This document shows, in pieces, positions 18,918-28,809 of a stretch of DNA of 64,000 nt (positions are counted from its first letter, which is position 1; each line of letters starts with the position of its first letter). Origin of the DNA: an uncultured Pseudomonadales bacterium (lineage in GTDB: Bacteria > Pseudomonadota > Gammaproteobacteria > Pseudomonadales > Azotimanducaceae); contig CALIKQ010000005.1 of assembly GCA_938017975.1 (NCBI GenBank), positions 29,429 to 93,428 of the forward strand, read 5' to 3'. A model generated the notes under the pieces. It saw only the letters and a list, made by a program, of their open reading frames with translations. It did not search any database and had not been told where the DNA came from. A program made the position numbers and the translations under genes.

Positions 18918-19673
18918 ATGATCGAAGAACTGTTCAGTCTTGAGGGTGAGACCGCGGTAGTCACGGGCGCTGGTCGAGGTATCGGTGAGGGCATTGCGAA
19001 AGTGCTTGCCAGTGCCGGGGCTCGGGTTGTTTGCGCTGCTAGGCGTGCTGATGAAATAAAACGTGTCGCAGAAGACATTAATGCAGCTGGTGGTCGTGCA
19101 GCTGCTTGTGTCACCGATGTAACGGATGCACAAGCGGTTCAGGATCTTGCAGACTTTGCAGTCTCTGAGTTTGGTGGTCTTCATATGTGGGTCAATAACG
19201 CGGGAGGTTCGAGTGTTCAGCGAGCGCTTCATAAGCTCGACCGGGAGGAGTGGGATCGCACTTTGCTTCTAAATTTAACCGCGGTTTGGGAGTGTACCCG
19301 AATAGCCGCTGCTACGATGGAAACCGGACGTATTTTAAATATTTCCTCCCTCGCGGCGGAGGATGTGATTCCTGGCAGCGGGCATTACTCGGCCGCTAAG
19401 GCCGGTGTGAATATGTTGACCAAAACGTTTGCGCAGGAGCTTGGTCCAAGAATTCGGGTGAACTGTATTATGCCAGGTGCTGTACCCACTGAAATTATGA
19501 TGAAGGCGCTGCGGCTGGAGGAGGATGATTTGCCAGACTTGGAACAAATGCTGAAGCTGCCTGCAGGCCGGTTGGGAACGCCTACTGATTTGGGTGCGGC
19601 TGCCTTATATCTACTGTCTCCTGGCGCAGCTTGGGTGACGGGTCAAAATATTCGAGTCTCAGGGGGACCTTAA
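18918..19673 (+). CDS. Short-chain dehydrogenase/reductase (SDR)
   Basis: It has the TGAGRGIG cofactor motif, NNAG, and the YSAAK catalytic Y-x3-K. Confidence 0.8.
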   Translation: MIEELFSLEGETAVVTGAGRGIGEGIAKVLASAGARVVCAARRADEIKRVAEDINAAGGRAAACVTDVTDAQAVQDLADFAVSEFGGLHMWVNNAGGSSVQRALHKLDREEWDRTLLLNLTAVWECTRIAAATMETGRILNISSLAAEDVIPGSGHYSAAKAGVNMLTKTFAQELGPRIRVNCIMPGAVPTEIMMKALRLEEDDLPDLEQMLKLPAGRLGTPTDLGAAALYLLSPGAAWVTGQNIRVSGGP

Positions 19674-20668
19674 TGAAAACCACGAAAGTAGTCTTAACGA
19701 GCCGGCCTGAAGGGTCAGTTCAAGAGTCGGATATGAGTTTAATCGATGAGGAACTTGCACCACTCGAGCCAGGAGAGGTTCTGCTAGAAATCGAACATCT
19801 TTCAGTTGACGCCTTTATTCGAACGACCTTCGATGAGGGCGCCTTTCACGGGACCGCAGGAATTGGTCAGCCGATTATGGCACTTGGAACAGCAAGGGTG
19901 CTCTCCAGCAAGTTCGAAGGGCTCAACCAAGGGGATGCCGTATTTGGACCGATGGGGGCTCAAACCCACGCGAAGTTGCCAGGCGCGATGCTCCAGAAAC
20001 TCGAAGAAGAAGCCCTGCCGGCTAGGAGCTACCTGGGTGTTCTGGGCTTAGCGACTGGAATGACGGCATACGCGGGAATGACCAGAGTCGCACAAGTTTT
20101 GGAAGGAGAGACAGTGGTAGTCTCGGCTGCAGCCGGGGCAGTGGGCTCGTGTGCCTGTCAGGTTGCCAAGAATCTTGGTGCTCGAGTGATTGGAATCGCA
20201 GGCGGCGCGAGTAAGGTTGACTATCTACTCAATGAAATTGGTTGCGATGCCGCAGTAGACTACAAAGCGCCTGATCTCGAGGGGCAACTCCTCGCCGCGG
20301 CGCCTGACGGTATTGATGTGTTTTTTGATAATGTTGGCGGAGAGATTTTGGATTCGGTATTGCTGCAAATTAATGAGCGTGCCCGGGTCGTGATCTGTGG
20401 TGCTGTCTCCCAGTACGAGCGGACGGGTTCAGTTTATGGTCCAACGAATTACCTCAAAATTCCTGAGCGTAATGCCAGTATGCTTGGGTTTACGGTCATG
20501 CGATTTCAAGATGAATACGCTGAGATCCAAGAGTCGATTACAGAATGGGTACTGGCAGGGAAGTTTAAACTACCCGAGCAGATTGAATCAGGAATCGATC
20601 AGTTCCCCCGCGCGCTGACACTGCTGTTTTCGGGCGGGCATATGGGCAAGCTCATGGTCGCGCCCTAG
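19673..20668 (+). CDS. NADP-dependent oxidoreductase, zinc-independent MDR (alkenal/enone reductase, PTGR/YncB-like)
   Basis: The SDR stop and this start form a TAATG overlap, with AGGGGGA upstream. The nucleotide-binding block is AAAGAVGSCACQVAKNLGARVIGIAGG. Confidence 0.7.
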   Translation: MKTTKVVLTSRPEGSVQESDMSLIDEELAPLEPGEVLLEIEHLSVDAFIRTTFDEGAFHGTAGIGQPIMALGTARVLSSKFEGLNQGDAVFGPMGAQTHAKLPGAMLQKLEEEALPARSYLGVLGLATGMTAYAGMTRVAQVLEGETVVVSAAAGAVGSCACQVAKNLGARVIGIAGGASKVDYLLNEIGCDAAVDYKAPDLEGQLLAAAPDGIDVFFDNVGGEILDSVLLQINERARVVICGAVSQYERTGSVYGPTNYLKIPERNASMLGFTVMRFQDEYAEIQESITEWVLAGKFKLPEQIESGIDQFPRALTLLFSGGHMGKLMVAP

Positions 20669-20784
20669 TCCGGCATGGATACGTGTTTGAAATGGAAGCC
20701 AGTTAAAGAATAGCCTGTGGCAGCGCGGCATGCCTGATTGACTGGCACGACCACGCTGCGGCTATGCGGTGACCAGAGGCCTTT

Positions 20785-21765
20785 TTAATCGAGCGCGAGG
20801 TCGATCAAAACCTTGCATTGGTGGCTCGGCGATTTGAGCGCCTCAAAGGCCTCTGGCACTGCGTTCAGAGAGATAACATCAGTGACCATCGCGCTGGCAT
20901 CGATGCGACCCTGCAGCATCATTGCGATCGTAAATTCAAAGTCTTCTTTGTCGTAACCTACCGCCCATTGAATGGTGAGTTCCTTACCAAAAGCCACGAG
21001 GGGTGTGATGGTGTCGGGGTGATCGCAAACACCAATGCCCATAATCAATCCACGTTTGGGAGCCCGTAAAATACAAGCTTGCATCAGACCGGGTGCACCT
21101 ACACATTCAAACTGGACTTCGGGTGCGCCCCCTGTGAGGGCAATGAATTCGGCGTCAACATCTCCACTCGGGTCAACGAAATCGCTAAAACCAAAGTCTC
21201 GAGCCATCTTGAGCCTGGCCTCTGCCATTTCACTGATAACGATCCGGGCAGCGCCAAAAAATCGCGCCCAGATTGCACAAGTCAACCCGATGGGGCCAGC
21301 ACCGATGATGAGCACCGTTTTTCCAGCAATGTTGCCGGCCATTTTGACGGAATGAAGCCCGACTGCGAGGGGCTCGACCAATGCGCCTTCCCGATTGGAA
21401 AGCGATTCTGGTAGTTTAACGACCAAGTCATAACCAACCTTGACGTATTCACTGTAAGCGCCGGAAATTTTGCCGAGACCGATGGTCTTGTCGTCAATAA
21501 AAGGTAACGAGGTTACGCGATCACCCAGAGTAAATTCGCCATCCTGAAGTGCCGTCCCGATTTGCACAATTTCCCCGGTAAATTCATGCCCAAAAATTGT
21601 CTCAGGGGGTGCCATAAAGGGCCCTTCCTTTGAAGCATGAATATCGGTGCCACAGATCCCGCAGTGGCTGACTTTGACCAGCATTTCTCTCTCAGAGATG
21701 ATCGGCTCGGGGACCGTCTCGATTGTCAGTTGTTCCCCGGGACGGTGAAATACAGCAGCTCTCAT
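20785..21765 (-). CDS. Zinc-dependent alcohol dehydrogenase (MDR family)
   Basis: It has CGICGTDIH, GHEFTGEIV and the GAGPIGL Rossmann motif. Confidence 0.8.
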   Translation of the reverse strand: MRAAVFHRPGEQLTIETVPEPIISEREMLVKVSHCGICGTDIHASKEGPFMAPPETIFGHEFTGEIVQIGTALQDGEFTLGDRVTSLPFIDDKTIGLGKISGAYSEYVKVGYDLVVKLPESLSNREGALVEPLAVGLHSVKMAGNIAGKTVLIIGAGPIGLTCAIWARFFGAARIVISEMAEARLKMARDFGFSDFVDPSGDVDAEFIALTGGAPEVQFECVGAPGLMQACILRAPKRGLIMGIGVCDHPDTITPLVAFGKELTIQWAVGYDKEDFEFTIAMMLQGRIDASAMVTDVISLNAVPEAFEALKSPSHQCKVLIDLALD

Positions 21766-22074
21766 AATGAATCCTCCAAAATTATCAGTACCAACCCCAA
21801 GAAGCTCAACTGAGACTGGGACAAGAATGGACCCAGCATAGAGTTCTTCGCCATGAATGTTAAGGGCTTATGCAGCGGCTGTACCAGGTCATCAAAGATC
21901 AACATTGCGCTTAAGATGATCAACGAGGACGTCTCTGTGTGAACGCGCTAGCCTTGAGTCTTAAAATAACATCACCGCTCAGCCCTGAGTCAATCGCCCA
22001 TCCAAAGTCGTTCCTTGTGCCTGGTCGATTGTGACCCCAGGCCTAGGATTCTACTCGGTGTCTTTGCCCTACGG

Positions 22075-23322
22075 TCACGCCAATCGGTCAAACTCAATGT
22101 TGAGATCGGTTGGTGGATGGAGCAGCAAACTGGGCATAAACTCTAGGGTCTCTTGCCCCTTTGGGACTCTAAACCCGGTCATGCGCTGCAGGATAACCCG
22201 AAATCCAACAATCAATTCTTGTCGTGCCAATGGTGCGCCAAGGCAATGGTGAACGCCCTGGCCAAACGCGATTTGGGTTTTGAGATTGTCTCTTGTTACG
22301 TCAAAGGCATCGGGCTCGGGAAACTGCCCTGCATCTCGGTTCGCTGATCCAAACTTAATCATCATTGTCGCACCAGCTGGAATTTTCACGCCGCTTACCT
22401 CGGTGTCTTCCCTGCAAATGCGCCACATCTGTGCTGTAGGTGTCGAAAGACGCAACATTTCTTCCACCATATTTGGAATTAAGCGAGGGTCCTTTTGAAC
22501 CAAATCGACTTGCTCCGGATGGGTTGCTAAAAGATGCATGCCTTCTGCAAAGGTGCTGGTGGTGGTCTCGTTGCCAGCGACCAGCAGCTGAGAAATTACC
22601 GATAGGCACTCCTCAGTATTCATTGGATGTTCTCCATCTGCCGATGAGTTGACGATATCTGATAATACATCGTCTGTTGGGTTCTTTTTCCTGCTCTCGA
22701 TTTTCTCTGCGAAATAATGTTGAAAGTCGACGACCAGTTCCGCTGCACGGAGCGCACCTTCACGGGTTTGGCCTGCTGAAAATGAGTAGACGTTGGCGTC
22801 GGACCATTCCTTAAATAAGGCCATATCTGTCAAGGGTACGCCGAGAATGTAAGCGATCATTCGAACTGGCATTGGGACGGCAAAGGCTTCCATCCAGTTG
22901 CACTGCCCACGGTCGATGATTTCATCAATGAGTTCGTGCGCTAAAGTCTCAATATAGGGCTGAAGCTTGGCGACGCTGCTGGCAGAAAATGGCTTTTGAC
23001 ACAGCGAGCGATAACGTCGTTGCCGGGGTGGGTCAGCCGTAAGCATGGTGTCCACCCTGCGGTATCCTTTCTTTAAGATCGCTTCCATTTCTGGATCTCG
23101 GGGAGGAGTTGATCCGGCTTGAATCATTGAAAATTCGTTTGAAAAACGTTTTTCATTCTTTGCTACGTCGACTACGTTGGCGTAGTCGGATACAAAATAG
23201 ACGCCAGTCACCGGACAATGATAGACCGGCGCCTCTTCTCGCAGTCTCTGATTAAACGCGTAGGGACACGCTAAAATTTCTGGGTCAAGCGGGTTAACCT
23301 CGTGGAGGGATTGTTCAGTCAT
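22075..23322 (-). CDS. Cytochrome P450
   Basis: The heme-thiolate loop is FGQGVHHCLGAPLARQE. The I-helix is AGNETT and the ExxR motif is EEMLR. Length is 415 aa. Confidence 0.9.
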   Translation of the reverse strand: MTEQSLHEVNPLDPEILACPYAFNQRLREEAPVYHCPVTGVYFVSDYANVVDVAKNEKRFSNEFSMIQAGSTPPRDPEMEAILKKGYRRVDTMLTADPPRQRRYRSLCQKPFSASSVAKLQPYIETLAHELIDEIIDRGQCNWMEAFAVPMPVRMIAYILGVPLTDMALFKEWSDANVYSFSAGQTREGALRAAELVVDFQHYFAEKIESRKKNPTDDVLSDIVNSSADGEHPMNTEECLSVISQLLVAGNETTTSTFAEGMHLLATHPEQVDLVQKDPRLIPNMVEEMLRLSTPTAQMWRICREDTEVSGVKIPAGATMMIKFGSANRDAGQFPEPDAFDVTRDNLKTQIAFGQGVHHCLGAPLARQELIVGFRVILQRMTGFRVPKGQETLEFMPSLLLHPPTDLNIEFDRLA

Positions 23323-23329
23323 AGTGTTC

Positions 23330-24478
23330 TCAATTAAATGTTGTTTTTAACCAATTGCCGAGCTTCATGAACGGAATCATGTAGGGCAGTATTTTTAAAG
23401 TTTTTTCGACGTTCCAATCGATCAAGGCAGCATCTAGCCTTGAATACATGGCATGAAATAAAGGTGCCGCGCGGTCAGAGGTTTGCTCGATTTCGTCCAT
23501 GCTCATAGAAAACATCAGCAGGGTCACGACCAGGTTGATTTCATATTCTTGAAGCATTTTTTGGTAACTGTAATTTTCTACACCGTTAGCGATAAGACGC
23601 TCATGGTAAAGCTTCAGTAAGTCAGTTTCATGTTGGCGCCTGAGGTCGATATCGATGCTCTGGGTCAGCCAGCGTGCGATATCAGTCATTGGCTGGCCAA
23701 TACCCGCTGTTTGCCAGTCTATGATTGTGGGCTCGTCAGAGGGACTTTCCGGAGAAAAGAAAATATTGTCGGACCTGAGGTCTCCATGAACCAGGGTGTA
23801 AGGTTCAGGTTGTGGTGGCTCCATGGCAAATAGAGGTGGCAGCCTAGGTTGCAGTCGTTTCATGTTTGGATAGGCATCAAAGCGGCCGGTCCGTTCGGCA
23901 TCTTGAATGCTTGCCTCGAGTTGGATAAGGCTCTCTTTTATTGGGGTGACATGTGTAATCGGCGCGGTCCAAGCCATTTGTTTGAGATCGGGGCTATTCC
24001 ACCATTTGCCATGAAGGTCAGCGAAGGCGAGCATGACTTGCTCGGATTGCTCGAGCGTGTTCCCAACCACCTGATCCGTTGGAACCGCCGGCGCGAGGTC
24101 CTCCATCACCATGACAAAGTGCTGATTTTGAGCATCAAAATGCTGACAATAGATGGTTGGCGTCTTGACGCCTGCGGTCTTGGCGCAATCCTCGTAGAAG
24201 CCCAACTCACGACCATAGTAGTTCATTCTTCCAGCGAGGATCCGCGTGGCCTCAAAGTGCGATGAAAATTTAACCACAACGGTCTTCGGGTGATTTGCGT
24301 TAGAGGCGCTTGTCAATGAAACGCGTTCTAGATCACCCATGAAACCAGACCCTACACCGATGGTGGTGTTCTCGAAATGTTCAACCGCGATGTTCGGGAA
24401 GCTGGGTTTCAAGGCTTTGGTGAGCCAATCGGCGGTGAGTGCCGCGGGTGATGTTGGAAAATCAGGCTTGCTGGACAT
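23330..24478 (-). CDS. Phosphotransferase-family kinase (APH/ecdysteroid-kinase-like fold)
   Basis: The catalytic loop is HGDLRSDNIFF, followed by IIDWQ. The start at 24478 overlaps the upstream gene by 17 nt; ATG 24517 is an alternative start. Confidence 0.7.
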   Translation of the reverse strand: MSSKPDFPTSPAALTADWLTKALKPSFPNIAVEHFENTTIGVGSGFMGDLERVSLTSASNANHPKTVVVKFSSHFEATRILAGRMNYYGRELGFYEDCAKTAGVKTPTIYCQHFDAQNQHFVMVMEDLAPAVPTDQVVGNTLEQSEQVMLAFADLHGKWWNSPDLKQMAWTAPITHVTPIKESLIQLEASIQDAERTGRFDAYPNMKRLQPRLPPLFAMEPPQPEPYTLVHGDLRSDNIFFSPESPSDEPTIIDWQTAGIGQPMTDIARWLTQSIDIDLRRQHETDLLKLYHERLIANGVENYSYQKMLQEYEINLVVTLLMFSMSMDEIEQTSDRAAPLFHAMYSRLDAALIDWNVEKTLKILPYMIPFMKLGNWLKTTFN

Positions 24479-25115
24479 TAGCGGGTTGTCCCTGCGGCGC
24501 TTGAAGCTCTTCGCCAAGGTGTTGGAAATCGTTCAAGGTCAGCACTTTGGGTTCTGGATCAAGTAGCACCTCCGTGATAGCCCCATTGTGCATCAGGTAC
24601 TGATAGCCGAATTTAGGTTGTGTTTTCATAAGCCCAGCCATGCCGTGTGCGATCGCGCTGCCGTGGCTGACGCAGATGATGTTTTCATTGCGATAGCTGC
24701 TGAGAGCCTTTGTCAGTGCTGCTTTGACTCGGGCGTAAACGGTATTGGGGCTCTCGCCGCCGTGACCTTCAAAATTATCATCTTTAATCGATTTTACTGC
24801 GTAGCCATTGTCCAGCATTTGCTGGTAAGTGATTCCCTCCCAGTCGCCCAGATCGCATTCGATGAGGCCGGGTTCTATCTCGATTGGAAGGTTTAAGCCT
24901 GCATTAATCAAGCGCGCAGTCTCCAAGGCGCGCGAAAGCGGACTGACCAAAATACGATGATAGGGTGTTGCCCAAGTGGTTAAGCGTTCCCCTGTCGCTT
25001 GGGCTTGGGAGATGCCTTTTGCGTTCAGAGGAGACTCAGTGACGCCGTATGCTAGCTGTTGCTGATTGGCCTGGGTTTCTCCGTGGCGGATGAACATCAT
25101 ATGTCGGTTCATCAA
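24462..25115 (-). CDS. Histidine phosphatase family protein (phosphoglycerate mutase-like)
   Basis: The N-terminal RHGE motif appears as FIRHGETQAN. A downstream SHG also fits the family. It has a 4-nt ATGA overlap with the upstream ligase. Confidence 0.75.
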   Translation of the reverse strand: MMNRHMMFIRHGETQANQQQLAYGVTESPLNAKGISQAQATGERLTTWATPYHRILVSPLSRALETARLINAGLNLPIEIEPGLIECDLGDWEGITYQQMLDNGYAVKSIKDDNFEGHGGESPNTVYARVKAALTKALSSYRNENIICVSHGSAIAHGMAGLMKTQPKFGYQYLMHNGAITEVLLDPEPKVLTLNDFQHLGEELQAPQGQPANVQQA

Positions 25116-26644
25116 TCTGAGTGACCCTCCCAGAATGGCGCTCGTAGCTTTCTTTTGTTAATTTTGCCCATCGTATTGCGGCCCAAGTCGTCGACAAAGT
25201 CTACAGTTCTAGGGCATTTGTAGTGGGAAAGCTTGGATCGACAAAATGTGATGATTTCTGCGGCTTCGGTGTTCTGGCTAACATCTTTGAGAATAACCAT
25301 CGCCTTGAGCTCCTCACCCATTTCTGGATGAGGGATTCCAATACAAGCGACATCCAGAATATCTGGATGTTCGATGAGTACCTGCTCGGCTTCAGCGGGA
25401 TAAATATTGACACCCCCCGAGACGATCATGTCGCTGAAACGGTCGGTGATATAGACGTAACCGTCTTCGTCCATGTAGGCGATTTCTCCCAAAGTAAAGA
25501 CGCCGGGGGCAATGTGCGCCGCCGCGGATTTTTCTGGGTCATTATGATAGACGACGCCCCGTCCGGTCGCGTCCTCAAAATAGAGCTGCCCCTCGGTGTT
25601 GGCGGGCAAGGGTTGACCTGTTTCGTCCAAAATCTTCGCGGTAAAAGGAGGGATGCTTCGACCCACTGAACCAGGGTGCTCCAGCCATTCCTCTGATGTG
25701 ATCATGCAAGTCGTTCCAACTTCGCTGGCGCCGTAGGCATCCGTAAAAATCGGTCCCCACCATTCGATCATGCCGCGCTTGATGTCAACGGGGCACTTCG
25801 AGCCTGTGTGGCTGACCCGGATCATGCTGGACACGTCGTATTGTGCCTTGATGTCGTCATCGAGCGCGAGCAGTCGGACAAAATGTGTGGGTACCATAAT
25901 TGTGGATGTGGTTTTAAATTCTGAAATGGCTTTCAGTGTATTTTCAGCATCGAATTTTGTCAGAATGACCGAAGGCGCGCCTGCCGCGAGTAACCGTGCA
26001 CCGCTTAAAGGTCCCGTATGGTACATGGGTCCGACCACAAGGTGGGGCCCAAGGGTTGCCAGTGGATTGAGTTTTAAGTTTTCTAGATGAGCCTCAACCG
26101 TGTCACCACCTGCAAACATTGTCGGCGGCAAGTGAGTGCCTTTCGGGCGACCGGTGGTCCCGGACGTGTAGAGTAAATTGGGGCGAGGTTCGATGCTGGT
26201 GTCTGGCTCTTCTCCCGAGCTAGTTGCCAGCCAGGCGTCCCAGTCCAATAAATGGGTTTCTTCGCAGCGCCATCCAATGACGGTGTTGATCTCCGCTAGT
26301 TTTGCAGCAGCCAGACCTCGCTCTGCGGTTTCGGGCCCCACAAAAAGCATCTTGCTGTTTGAGTCGCTGAGTATGTAGGCGACTTCTTCCGCCGTGAGGT
26401 GAAAGTTCACCGGTACAACGGATGCGCCTCCAATCAGTCCACCCAGATTGGCGATCGCAGTCTCTACGCCATTCTCTGCAAAAACGGCAATTCTCCTTTC
26501 GGTGCCAAGGTCAGCAGCCCGGATCGCGTTTGCAGCTCGATTCAGACAGTCATCGACCTCGAGCCAAGTCAGCGCCTGCCTCGGATCTCTGAGTGCAATT
26601 TCTGAGGGCCGCTCCGCGGCAATTGTTTTGGCAAATGTTGTCAT
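25112..26644 (-). CDS. Acyl-CoA synthetase (AMP-forming, ANL superfamily)
   Basis: The AMP-binding motif is LLYTSGTTGRPKG. The C-terminal region contains GKINKRKL. Length is 510 aa. Confidence 0.85.
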   Translation of the reverse strand: MTTFAKTIAAERPSEIALRDPRQALTWLEVDDCLNRAANAIRAADLGTERRIAVFAENGVETAIANLGGLIGGASVVPVNFHLTAEEVAYILSDSNSKMLFVGPETAERGLAAAKLAEINTVIGWRCEETHLLDWDAWLATSSGEEPDTSIEPRPNLLYTSGTTGRPKGTHLPPTMFAGGDTVEAHLENLKLNPLATLGPHLVVGPMYHTGPLSGARLLAAGAPSVILTKFDAENTLKAISEFKTTSTIMVPTHFVRLLALDDDIKAQYDVSSMIRVSHTGSKCPVDIKRGMIEWWGPIFTDAYGASEVGTTCMITSEEWLEHPGSVGRSIPPFTAKILDETGQPLPANTEGQLYFEDATGRGVVYHNDPEKSAAAHIAPGVFTLGEIAYMDEDGYVYITDRFSDMIVSGGVNIYPAEAEQVLIEHPDILDVACIGIPHPEMGEELKAMVILKDVSQNTEAAEIITFCRSKLSHYKCPRTVDFVDDLGRNTMGKINKRKLRAPFWEGHSD

Positions 26645-26646
26645 GA

Positions 26647-28809
26647 TTAAGCTACCGCCTCTGCTACGGCTCGAAGGTTAACAGGTATTGCACTCATTCT
26701 TGGCATGCCTGTGATTGGATTGAAAGTTCGGTCATCGTCAACCAGACGGTTGGTGCTTGAGCCTTGGGTTCTGACTTCACCGCCGTTGTCAGGTAGATCC
26801 CCCCAAGCATGGGCCATGGAGATGACGCCTGGTTTGATGTCCTCGGCTGCCTCCACAATGCCTAGCAGCGTACCAGCAGCGGACGCAATCTCCACGAGAT
26901 CGCCTGATTTAAGATTCAGTGTTGTTAGATCATCGGGGTGCATATAGGCGGGATTGGTGGTTCCCTTTTTTCGCAAGCCTTCAAGCTGCTGCCCCGACGA
27001 GTTAAAGACGTGTTTCAGTCTGCGGCTGATCAATAGGTGCGAATAGGTGGCACCATCGTCCATGTTCGTTGTCTGTTGCCAATAGGTTTCGCCAGCGACT
27101 TCTTGGAGCTGCTCAGAAATATCTGCTGGCAACAATTGGAAGCGGTGCTTATCTTTATGCGGGTGGCGCTGGGGCGGCGTCACGGTTACTTGAACATCGC
27201 TGAAGATATGGCCTTGTCCCTTCTCAGCAATCTCGCTAAGTGGCACGCTCGCGTTCGGCGTCAGTAGCGACAACACATCAAATTTGCTGGGTCTTACCTC
27301 GGTGTTCAGACGTCCGCCAGGTAGCTCGAGCGCCAGGCCAGACCGATGGGAAAGCTCCCAGTAAATCTCCCATTCCTCGCGGCTTTGAGGGTTTCTAGGC
27401 AATACAGCTTTCGTGTAATGACAATAAGGTTGATCGTACCAAGTATCGGTTAGCATTGTGACGTCGTCACGCTCGAGGCTTAAAGTCGGCGCGACAATAT
27501 AGTCGGCGAGTTTGGCTGTTGCCGATTGATACAGATCAACACACACCAATAAATCGAGTGCTTTCATCGCGCGAATCGTTTTGTCCTGATCGGGAAATGC
27601 GACTACTGGATTACCGCCAAGGCAGATCAGTGCCTTAATCTGTCCCTCGCCCTCGAGCAAGATTTCGTCATTCAGTGCGGCCGTTGGCATCTCTCCGATA
27701 ATTTCTCCGAGGCCCCTAACCCGAGACCATGGACCCTTGCCGTAGGCTGGATTGGCGGCAATCACTTCAGCCTCGCGCGCTCTTTGAGGTTGAAGCACGC
27801 CGGGATTGGGTACCCGCTCGCCCACCTTATTGATTCGCCCGCACAGGGTATTCAGGCAACAAATCAGATGTTCTGTGAGGATTCCTCGGGGCGACATGTT
27901 GGGTCCCGTGCCGGTTACCGCAACGCCACGCTTCGCCTCACCAAATATTTGGGCGGCTGCAATAAGATCGTCCTCCGGAATTCCGCATCGAGTGGCCGCA
28001 TAGTCCGTTGTAAAGGGCTCTACCAAGGCGCGGAGGGCATCAAGGTCCTCAACGTGCTCTGCACAAAATTCAGCGTCGTAAAGGTTTTCTGTGAGCACGT
28101 ATCGAATCAGTGCCGATAACAGGGTTGGATCTTCTGCAGGGTTGACCTGCAAATGTAGGGTTGCTCGGTTGGCAACCTCGGTTCTGCGTGGGTCGGCCAC
28201 AATGACTTTCATTCCGCGCTTCATCTCATCTCGAATTCTTGCGTAGGGACTAAATGGCGGGGGGCCGCCAAAGGGCGTGTATTGAGAGACGACCGGGTTG
28301 TTCCCGATCATCATGCAAACATCCGCTCCTGTAAATGCGTGCGTGCCTCCGGCCCAAGTCCCAAATTGTGATTGCGCGATCCTCCGGTGAGGTTGATCAA
28401 TTGTGACCGATGTATAGTAGGACGGAGAACCAACGCTCTTGTGCCAGGCTTTGGCAATATGCAGCGCAGCTGAATTTTGATAGCCATAGGAGCCGACGTA
28501 GGTGGCCACACTTCGCGGGCCGTGCTCGGCAATGATGCGCTGTATTTTGTCTGAGATTTCGTCCATGGCTTGGTCGACATCGACAGGTTCGAAATCTCCC
28601 GTCGTGCCGCGCTTTAGGGTCTCTCGCAATCGCTTGGGTGTCGAAAATTGTTCAGGTAGCTGTCGGCCCTTGATACAGGTGTAGCCGCCGTAAATGGGGT
28701 CGGAGGTGTCGCCCCGAACGGCGACTGGCTTGCCATCCTCAACGTCGACTTCAATTGCGCAATAGGCATGACAAAAGCGGCAAAATGTTTTGTGTGTCGT
28801 TTGCGTCAT
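26647..28809 (-). CDS. Molybdopterin (bis-MGD) oxidoreductase, MopB superfamily, cytoplasmic single-subunit type
   Basis: The N-terminal Fe-S motif is C-R-F-C-H-A-Y-C...C-I-K-G. No twin-arginine signal is visible. Length is about 720 aa. The start at 28809 has GGAG 7 nt upstream. Confidence 0.75.
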   Translation of the reverse strand: MTQTTHKTFCRFCHAYCAIEVDVEDGKPVAVRGDTSDPIYGGYTCIKGRQLPEQFSTPKRLRETLKRGTTGDFEPVDVDQAMDEISDKIQRIIAEHGPRSVATYVGSYGYQNSAALHIAKAWHKSVGSPSYYTSVTIDQPHRRIAQSQFGTWAGGTHAFTGADVCMMIGNNPVVSQYTPFGGPPPFSPYARIRDEMKRGMKVIVADPRRTEVANRATLHLQVNPAEDPTLLSALIRYVLTENLYDAEFCAEHVEDLDALRALVEPFTTDYAATRCGIPEDDLIAAAQIFGEAKRGVAVTGTGPNMSPRGILTEHLICCLNTLCGRINKVGERVPNPGVLQPQRAREAEVIAANPAYGKGPWSRVRGLGEIIGEMPTAALNDEILLEGEGQIKALICLGGNPVVAFPDQDKTIRAMKALDLLVCVDLYQSATAKLADYIVAPTLSLERDDVTMLTDTWYDQPYCHYTKAVLPRNPQSREEWEIYWELSHRSGLALELPGGRLNTEVRPSKFDVLSLLTPNASVPLSEIAEKGQGHIFSDVQVTVTPPQRHPHKDKHRFQLLPADISEQLQEVAGETYWQQTTNMDDGATYSHLLISRRLKHVFNSSGQQLEGLRKKGTTNPAYMHPDDLTTLNLKSGDLVEIASAAGTLLGIVEAAEDIKPGVISMAHAWGDLPDNGGEVRTQGSSTNRLVDDDRTFNPITGMPRMSAIPVNLRAVAEAVA

